Below the pieces are notes generated by a model. That model searched no databases, was not told the origin of the DNA, and saw nothing but the letters and a program-made list of their open reading frames with translations. A DNA stretch of 64,000 bases, taken from the NCBI GenBank assembly GCA_965223345.1, contig CBDCWG010000001.1, positions 216,751 to 280,750 of the forward strand. The letters run 5' to 3'. Both the position numbers and the translations under genes were made by a program. Positions within the stretch are counted from its first letter, which is position 1. Each line of letters opens with the position of its first letter. This DNA is from Nitrospinales bacterium (GTDB lineage Bacteria; Nitrospinota; Nitrospinia; Nitrospinales; VA-1). Of this stretch, positions 57,569 to 64,000 are shown piece after piece.

Positions 57569-58694
57569 CGTGCCATTCCTGCTGTAACATGAGTTCGACA
57601 ATGCGTGTCGCGGCGTGGCCATCGCCATAGGGATTTGTCTCGATTTGATGCCGAGCGTATTCATCGGCATCGGAGAGCAAGGCGAGTGCTCGGTCGACAA
57701 TCCGTTGGACGTTGGTTCCTACCAATTCGACGGCACCGGCCGAGACCGCTTCTGGTCGTTCTGTCGTCTCACGCATCACGAGAAGTGGCTTCTTCAGTGA
57801 TGGAGCCTCTTCCTGGACTCCTCCCGAATCGCTCAAAATCATCGTGCTCCGATCCATTAGCCATACGAATTCGGGGTAGGGAGCGGGAGCGACAAGATGG
57901 ACGTTGCCGAGTGCGCCAAGGAGTTCATGCACCGGGCCCTGCACGTTGGGATTGAGGTGGACCGGATAGAGGAACACAACCTCGGGAAGGAGTTCGGCCA
58001 GCCGCCGAATCGCTTCGCAAATTTGCTGGAACCCGGTCCCGAAGTTCTCCCGGCGGTGTCCCGTAATCAAAACCATCCGCTGGTCGCCCAGGAAGGCATA
58101 CTTCTCCTGCCACGGGGCCGACTCGGCACGTTCCCGTTCGACCGTCCACAACAACGCGTCGATCACGGTGTTGCCGGTCACATGAATCTGCTCGGCAGGG
58201 CACCCTTCGCGACGTAGGTGCTCGGCAGCTCGCTCCGTCGGAGCGCAATGCAGTGCGGTTGCGAGACTCGTCACGCGCCGGTTCATCTCTTCGGGCCAGG
58301 GTGACCAGATGTTACCGGTCCGTAGTCCCGCCTCGACATGCACCACCGGAACGCGTCGGTAAAATGCTGCCATCGATGTGGCGAGTACCGTCGTCGTGTC
58401 TCCTTGCACGACAACACAGTCGGGCGATTCACGTACCAAAACTTCATCCACACTTTCGATGCAGCGAGCGGTAAGTCCGGCCAGCGTCTGGTTGGGGCGC
58501 ATGAGGTCGAGGTTTAGGTCAGCGGTGATCTCGAAATAGTCGGTGACTTGCTGCAACATCTCGCGATGCTGTCCGGTCAGGCAAACACGGGGTGACACCG
58601 ATTGGTGGTCCCGGCACCGATGGACCAGAGGGGCCATCTTGATTGCTTCGGGGCGGGTCCCGAATACGAGTAGGGGCTTCAGTTGCATTCCCAT
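57561..58694 (-). CDS. wecB: UDP-GlcNAc 2-epimerase (non-hydrolysing)
   Basis: FGTRPEAIKM, TGQHREM, QGDT, HVEAGLR, HRREN, DSGGVQEEAP, YGDG. Confidence 0.95.
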   Translation of the reverse strand: MGMQLKPLLVFGTRPEAIKMAPLVHRCRDHQSVSPRVCLTGQHREMLQQVTDYFEITADLNLDLMRPNQTLAGLTARCIESVDEVLVRESPDCVVVQGDTTTVLATSMAAFYRRVPVVHVEAGLRTGNIWSPWPEEMNRRVTSLATALHCAPTERAAEHLRREGCPAEQIHVTGNTVIDALLWTVERERAESAPWQEKYAFLGDQRMVLITGHRRENFGTGFQQICEAIRRLAELLPEVVFLYPVHLNPNVQGPVHELLGALGNVHLVAPAPYPEFVWLMDRSTMILSDSGGVQEEAPSLKKPLLVMRETTERPEAVSAGAVELVGTNVQRIVDRALALLSDADEYARHQIETNPYGDGHAATRIVELMLQQEWHDG

Positions 58695-58915
58695 GTAATG
58701 TCTGCCATCCGATGCGATGCGATACGGGAGAGGCTGCGATAGGGCATCAACCTACAAGGTTACCCCAAAACCGTGCCACACTCGGCGCCTCGACGTCGGG
58801 AAACCTGAACCGAACCATTCGCTCGATCGATACAAACGACATAACTGACATCGGAGATGCGTTCGATCTGATCGACTGCCCGACGTCGGCGAGAACACAA
58901 CATCGGACTACGAAA

Positions 58916-59566
58916 TTAACTCACTCTTAACTTGCGGGTCTGCTTGCAGGTCACACCATATACGAAACTGCTCGGCGGTACATCCTGCAATACTGCGGAA
59001 TTGGCGCTGACCGTGGAGTTGCGCCCAACCCGCCGCTCCGGAACAACGGTTGAATGGGTACTCATGTAGACCTCGTCCTCGACGACGGCGAAACCATTGA
59101 GCGTGGCATACGGGGCGAGTAGGCAATACCTCCCCACGTAGGCATCGTGGCCGACCGAGGCGAAGAGGCTGAGGTGGACAAAGTCTTGCAGACGGGCACC
59201 GTTGGAAACCACTGTGTAGGGATAGATCACCGTTCCCCTGCCAACTGTGGCGGTGGGGGCGATGATCGCGGTGGGATGAACCACCGTGACAAACTCCGCG
59301 TTGCGGCTTAGCAGTGATTCGACCGTTCGACGGCGAGATGACATGTCGCCGATCGCCAACACAAAACGATCGTGCGGTTCGGGTTCGTAGTGCTCTGGGT
59401 CGCCGATGACTTGTTCGGCTAGGCCGAAGCCGGTCAACGCATCTCGGTTCTGGTCGAGGAACCCCTTGAATGCATACGAGTCGGGATCGAGGCAATCGCG
59501 CAGCCAGGTCAGTACCTCGCGCCCGAATCCGCCAGCCCCAACGATCAGGACATCATGCTTGCTCAT
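58916..59566 (-). CDS. NeuD/PglD-family sugar acetyltransferase
   Basis: GAGGFGRE, AIG, HP, hexapeptide repeats, VGHD. Confidence 0.9.
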   Translation of the reverse strand: MSKHDVLIVGAGGFGREVLTWLRDCLDPDSYAFKGFLDQNRDALTGFGLAEQVIGDPEHYEPEPHDRFVLAIGDMSSRRRTVESLLSRNAEFVTVVHPTAIIAPTATVGRGTVIYPYTVVSNGARLQDFVHLSLFASVGHDAYVGRYCLLAPYATLNGFAVVEDEVYMSTHSTVVPERRVGRNSTVSANSAVLQDVPPSSFVYGVTCKQTRKLRVS

Positions 59567-59670
59567 TGTTCTTCGACCTTTTATTCCATGGATTCGAACC
59601 CCGCGCGCCTGTCGCGTCAGAACGGTGCGTTGGCGCTGAGAGGCAACCGTATGACCACGCAGTTACCCCG

Positions 59671-60411
59671 CTATGCGGTAGCTCCTCCATCGACGGTAAT
59701 GATTTGTCCGGTGATGAAGCGGCTAGCAGGCGACAGGAGAAACGAGATGACCGGGATCACGTCTTCGGGTGTGCCGAGCCTACCGAGGGGTGTGCGGCGT
59801 TCGATTTGACACCGCTGTTGGTCGCTCAAAGCCTCCGACATTTCGGTTTCGAGGTAGCCCGGCGCCACGCAATTGACCCGAATGTCGCGTCCGCCCAGCT
59901 CGCGTGCCAACGATCGAGTGAGTCCAAACAATCCCGCCTTGGTGACACTATATCCCGCCAGTCCCGAAAAACCGGTCGATCCAACAATGGATGAGATATT
60001 CACGATCGATCCACTCCGCCGCAGCAACATGCAACGAACGACTTCGCGAGTCAACAGCATGCAACCTTTGAGATTGACATCGAGCATCATCTCGATGTCG
60101 CGATCGCTCATCACGGCAAAGATTCCATCGCGCGCCACGGCGGCATTATTAACAAGTCCATCGATCCGTTGATATCGCTGATGGACGTCGCGCACGAATT
60201 CTCGGATCGCCGTGCCATTGGCCGTATCGCACGACTGGTACCAAAAACGTTCACCGAGATCGGATTCCCAGGCATCGATCTGTTCGGATCGCGACCGGCT
60301 AAAGGTACAAACCGTATACCCGTCGTCTAACAATCCCTGCACGAGCGCAGCCCCAAGGCCGCGACTACCGCCCGAAACGAGAACCACCTGATTTACATCG
60401 TTCGAGGTCAT
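59671..60411 (-). CDS. FabG-like SDR oxidoreductase
   Basis: SGGSRGLG, NNA, ISS, YSVTK, VAPG, GQIITVDGG. Confidence 0.92.
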   Translation of the reverse strand: MTSNDVNQVVLVSGGSRGLGAALVQGLLDDGYTVCTFSRSRSEQIDAWESDLGERFWYQSCDTANGTAIREFVRDVHQRYQRIDGLVNNAAVARDGIFAVMSDRDIEMMLDVNLKGCMLLTREVVRCMLLRRSGSIVNISSIVGSTGFSGLAGYSVTKAGLFGLTRSLARELGGRDIRVNCVAPGYLETEMSEALSDQQRCQIERRTPLGRLGTPEDVIPVISFLLSPASRFITGQIITVDGGATA

Positions 60412-60665
60412 CCACCCAGCGCTTTTTCGTAAGTTGTCACTAGATCACCGTACGAGCTGACCGGTGCGGCGCCATCGCGAAATGGATCGATGCCGAATTC
60501 CTGTTCCAATTGTACGATCGTCGCGGCCAAGTCGAGTGAATCGAGTCCGATATCGCGAGTTAACAGCATTTTGTCTTCAAGGTCGGTACGAGGTCTCCCC
60601 GACTCTTCCAAGACACGGTTTATGACCAATTCGATCGTGCGTCGTACGACAGTTGTAGGAGGCAT
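60408..60665 (-). CDS. Acyl carrier protein
   Basis: 85 aa, GLDSLDL phosphopantetheine site; ATGA-coupled to the SDR. Confidence 0.88.
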   Translation of the reverse strand: MPPTTVVRRTIELVINRVLEESGRPRTDLEDKMLLTRDIGLDSLDLAATIVQLEQEFGIDPFRDGAAPVSSYGDLVTTYEKALGG

Positions 60666-60722
60666 GTCGTTTACTCGCTGCTCAAGTTGCCAGGAGGTTT
60701 AGTGTGTGGTGGATGCGTGCAC

Positions 60723-61439
60723 CTAATTCGATGTCGTCGTTTCGGCAGAGCGTTTTTTAATGATTTGCGCTGGGCATCCTACGGCGGTCACACAATCGGG
60801 AAGGTCCCGAATCACCGTGGCGCCCGCTCCGACGATCGACCACTTGCCAACAGAGAGGTTCTCGAGCACGACGGCGCCGGCGCCGATAAACGAGCCTTCC
60901 CCAACTGCCACGTTACCGCAGAGCGTCGCATTGGGGGCCATTTGTGCGAAGTCCCCTACGATGCAATTGTGGTCAACGGTCGCCCCTGTGTTGACAATCA
61001 CATGGTCCCCGATCTCACATTCTGGTTGGATAATCCCACCAGCAAAAATCACCGCCCCCTCACCGAGTGGTACGGCCGGGTCGATGAAGGAATGGGGGTG
61101 AATGATCGTTGCCCACCGGAGTCGTAACCGGCTCGCCAACGCCCGCCGCAGCATGGCGTCTCCAACTCCAATGACAGCTCGGCCTCGGTGCCCTTGTAGT
61201 CGGTCGACCGGCCCCTGGATCGGAATGCCCATCAACCGTTTTCCCCACAGGCGCGGATCGTCGTCGAAGACGGCCGAGACCTTATCGCCCGACGTCCGAA
61301 TCGTGCTGACAATCACGCGTGCGTGGCCGCCCGCTCCCACCACGACGATTCCCCCGGTTGGGATTGTTGCATCCGTATCCGCCGCCACGCGAGCCCTTTC
61401 CGGTCTGCCACCAGGAACCAATGCTCCGCCAACTGTCAT
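60723..61439 (-). CDS. PglD/NeuD-family acetyltransferase
   Basis: GAGGHAR, DD, IHP, INTGATVDH-like motif, hexapeptide repeats, GCPA. Confidence 0.9.
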   Translation of the reverse strand: MTVGGALVPGGRPERARVAADTDATIPTGGIVVVGAGGHARVIVSTIRTSGDKVSAVFDDDPRLWGKRLMGIPIQGPVDRLQGHRGRAVIGVGDAMLRRALASRLRLRWATIIHPHSFIDPAVPLGEGAVIFAGGIIQPECEIGDHVIVNTGATVDHNCIVGDFAQMAPNATLCGNVAVGEGSFIGAGAVVLENLSVGKWSIVGAGATVIRDLPDCVTAVGCPAQIIKKRSAETTTSN

Positions 61440-61476
61440 TCACCGGAGACGTGATTTCAACCAAGTCATGATCTTA

Positions 61477-62115
61477 TCAGGTTGAGCCCGAGTCGTCTTC
61501 CGGCCCCATGAACTTCGGCATCGTGGCGTGCCCCTCCGCACTGATATCTTTCGGCAAGACGAGTCGAGCCAGTGTGAGGGCCAAGATCTTCAGGTCGATC
61601 CAAATAGACAGGTGATCGACATACCATACATCCAGACGAAACCGATCGTCCCACCCGATCGTATTGCGCCCGTTGACTTGTGCCCAACCGGTGATTCCCG
61701 GCGTCACCTCATGTCGGCGCGCTTGCTCAGGGCTATAACGTTCCAAGTATTCGACCAATAGCGGGCGTGGTCCAATCAGGCTCATCTCACCCCGTAACAC
61801 GTTCCACAACTGAGGCAGCTCGTCAAGGCTCAGGCGGCGCAGTGTGTTGCCCAACGTTGTCATGCGCTGGTCGTCTGGAAGTGGCTCCCCCTGCTCATCG
61901 ACCGCATCGCGCATCGTACGAAACTTGTTTAGCAGAAAGGTCGTACCGTTACGTCCGCCACGCGGTTGCCGAAAAAGTACCGGACTCCCCATCTGCCGAC
62001 GAATGAGTAGGGCGACCACGGCGAGGAGTGGCGCGAACAGCAGGAGCGCGCTACAGGCCACGGCCACGTCCAGCAGACGCTTCCCAAAGCCTCGATACCA
62101 TCCGCGCCGTCGCAT
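61477..62115 (-). CDS. Initiating sugar phosphotransferase (PglC/WcaJ-type)
   Basis: KRLLD, FRQ.R.G, KFRTM, SLDELPQ, GPRP, PGITGWAQVNGR. Confidence 0.93.
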   Translation of the reverse strand: MRRRGWYRGFGKRLLDVAVACSALLLFAPLLAVVALLIRRQMGSPVLFRQPRGGRNGTTFLLNKFRTMRDAVDEQGEPLPDDQRMTTLGNTLRRLSLDELPQLWNVLRGEMSLIGPRPLLVEYLERYSPEQARRHEVTPGITGWAQVNGRNTIGWDDRFRLDVWYVDHLSIWIDLKILALTLARLVLPKDISAEGHATMPKFMGPEDDSGST

Positions 62116-62262
62116 GCTCGACTTCCGCGTCAATTCGGGATCGGTTCGATGCGTGGCGTTCACGGTAAATCTACCAAACAATCGGAGAGGCGACGTGCCA
62201 GACCGCATTCCAACGGCTAGTAGTGCCAATGACAACCGTGCTGGGACGTGGTGACGAGGAAC

Positions 62263-63516
62263 TCAATGCGACTTGTCCGAAAGTGAAGTTTGTCTCGCGG
62301 ATGGCACAAGGTGCTCCAGCATCATTGCGAGCGTATCGGCGTGGTGGTCGCGACGAAAGTGTTTTTTCACATAGTGCTGGCCATTAACACCCATTTGCTT
62401 CGCGGCCTCTTGGTGTTCAAAGAGACGTTGTACGGCTGCGGCGAGCTCCGATGGCGAGCCGGGATGGACGGCAATTCCCGCGTCGGCAGCTTCCACAACC
62501 TCCCGGATCACCCCCTCGATCCCCAATACAATCGGACGTGATGCCGCCATGTAGTCAAATACCTTATTCGGGTAGGTCGTGCGGAACATCGGTATGTCTT
62601 GCAGTGTCGCCAAGCAGACGTCCGATCCGGCCAGAACATCGTGCATTTCCGATTTCGCATAGCAACCGGCAAAGGTCACATTCGTTAACCCCTTGGCCTG
62701 CACTGCTTCGCGTAGGTTCCGCTCCTCCTTGCCACTACCGACGAGTACGAACGCGATATCATCGAATTCTTGTAGCAGCGCGGCAGCTTCCACGATCGTG
62801 CCAATGTCGTTTGCGATGCCGAGTGCTCCGGCGTACGTCACCACAAACTTTTTCTCCAAACCGTGTTGGGACCGAAACGACTTGCCGTCTCGCGCCTGCT
62901 CGAACATGGCAGGATCGACACCATTCGAAATGAATTCGATTCGGTCGCGCGCGATGCCTTTGCATACGAGGTAATCCTCGTAGGCCGGCGAGTTGACAAT
63001 AAACCGGTCGGCGCGAGCATAGAGGAAGTTTTCGAGGAAGCGCGCCAGCGATATCACGATCGGATTGGTTAACACCTTCATGTCAATCGCAAACTCAGGC
63101 CACAGGTCGCGTACTTCGAGGACAAAGGGGACGCGTTTCCATCGCGCGGTGATCCAGGCTGAGACGAGTTGGAACAGGGGGGGGGAAGTTCCGATTACGA
63201 CGTCGGTCGGGCCACTCCGTAAGGCGCCCCAGGTCGATGTGACCATAAAACTGAGAAACGCTACAACCCGCCAGACGAAGCTTGTATGGAGTGCCGGAAG
63301 GACATACGCGCGCAGAATACGAATCCCCCCCTCGTCGCTTTCGTGAACCCACTTTTTGGTTTCGACCACTGGTTGACCAGTCAGATAGCCGATGTTCCCT
63401 GCCACGATCGTACATTCGTGCCCTTTGCGCTGCAGGTGCGACAAGAGTTCGTAGTGTCGGGTCCCACCCGGGTGATCATGCGATACGAAGCTTTGATGTA
63501 TTAGCAAGATACGCAT
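62263..63516 (-). CDS. GT4 glycosyltransferase (WbuB-like)
   Basis: TSPPL, EVRDLWPE, NGVD, YAG, PNKVFDYMA. Confidence 0.92.
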   Translation of the reverse strand: MRILLIHQSFVSHDHPGGTRHYELLSHLQRKGHECTIVAGNIGYLTGQPVVETKKWVHESDEGGIRILRAYVLPALHTSFVWRVVAFLSFMVTSTWGALRSGPTDVVIGTSPPLFQLVSAWITARWKRVPFVLEVRDLWPEFAIDMKVLTNPIVISLARFLENFLYARADRFIVNSPAYEDYLVCKGIARDRIEFISNGVDPAMFEQARDGKSFRSQHGLEKKFVVTYAGALGIANDIGTIVEAAALLQEFDDIAFVLVGSGKEERNLREAVQAKGLTNVTFAGCYAKSEMHDVLAGSDVCLATLQDIPMFRTTYPNKVFDYMAASRPIVLGIEGVIREVVEAADAGIAVHPGSPSELAAAVQRLFEHQEAAKQMGVNGQHYVKKHFRRDHHADTLAMMLEHLVPSARQTSLSDKSH

Positions 63517-63521
63517 GGCGA

Positions 63522-63998
63522 CTATTGACTCGTTGGGGGCGGACATGCCGACGTAGCACCCGTCAGCACCTGTTCGAGCTGTGCGGCAAGTTGCGCACGA
63601 GCAAATCGCTGCTCGGCCAGTTGCCGAGATTGCACCCCCATTGCAGCGGCGCGCGGGCGATCGTCGGCGAGCTGTTCTAACGCATCGGCCAGTTCCGACG
63701 GCGATTGGGGATCGACACTGAATCCGCAACCATTTTCCTCGATCGTTTCGCCCAACCAGCCTGGGACATTGATGATCACGGGGCGCCCAGCGGCGAGTGC
63801 ATCGAACATCTTGTTGGGAGACCAGGTATGTTCCTTAGCAGCGCGATAGATCGTAAGGCACGCGTCGCATGCGGCGACCAGATGCGCGACCATCTCTTTG
63901 TCGGGAACTGGTTCTGAGAAGATGACATTGGTCAGTTCCTCTCGTGACACGCGCTGTTCCAAATGGGCCCTTTGCCCACCCCCTCCGTGAAGTACGAT
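63522..63998 (-). CDS. GT4 glycosyltransferase, C-terminal part (runs off the right edge)
   Basis: SPNKMFDALAAGRPV; frame open to the window end. Confidence 0.85.
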   Translation of the reverse strand: MVLHGGGGQRAHLEQRVSREELTNVIFSEPVPDKEMVAHLVAACDACLTIYRAAKEHTWSPNKMFDALAAGRPVIINVPGWLGETIEENGCGFSVDPQSPSELADALEQLADDRPRAAAMGVQSRQLAEQRFARAQLAAQLEQVLTGATSACPPPTSQ

Positions 63999-64000
63999 CG

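Noticed and set aside
1..64000. tRNA, rRNA, CRISPR array, known riboswitch
   Set aside because: None recognised by eye in the intergenic regions. A covariance-model scan would be needed to exclude them formally.

Overview
The window reads as three unrelated genomic pieces joined end to end, not one replicon. Segment A (1 to ~27187) has strong C/G third-position bias and looks Nitrospina-like (inference). It carries a partial sensor kinase, a response regulator, an atypical P-II gene coupled to yggS-proC, larE, moaA, a nifU-like-sufBCDSU operon, amrS, a SirB1/TPR/FGE fusion, a BNR propeller-MoaD pair, a hybrid kinase and a 5'-truncated CRTAC1/ASPIC-UnbV gene. Segment B (~27189-29669) is a GC-rich, actinobacterial-looking 2.5 kb piece with a frameshifted, truncated phoX divergent from a truncated secreted phosphatase-like propeller, and PHO-box-like 11-bp repeats between them. 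Segment C (~29670-64000) is planctomycete-like. It has a 5'-truncated pcrA/uvrD, an OYE oxidoreductase, mfd, a SurA-like PPIase, gltA, a WD40 protein, a 1616-aa LEPRxLL/SdrD-B surface protein, a DUF1559 gene and a surface-polysaccharide cluster containing an ACP and an SDR. The most interesting locus is a translationally coupled operon of a C-terminally truncated SecA paralogue, a GAF-HlyD adaptor and a PqqD-like/M50-peptidase/HlyD fusion. It lies next to the giant LEPRxLL protein and is a candidate non-canonical (SecA-powered, ABC-less) export and leader-processing system. All family assignments are from motif recognition by eye; no searches were run.
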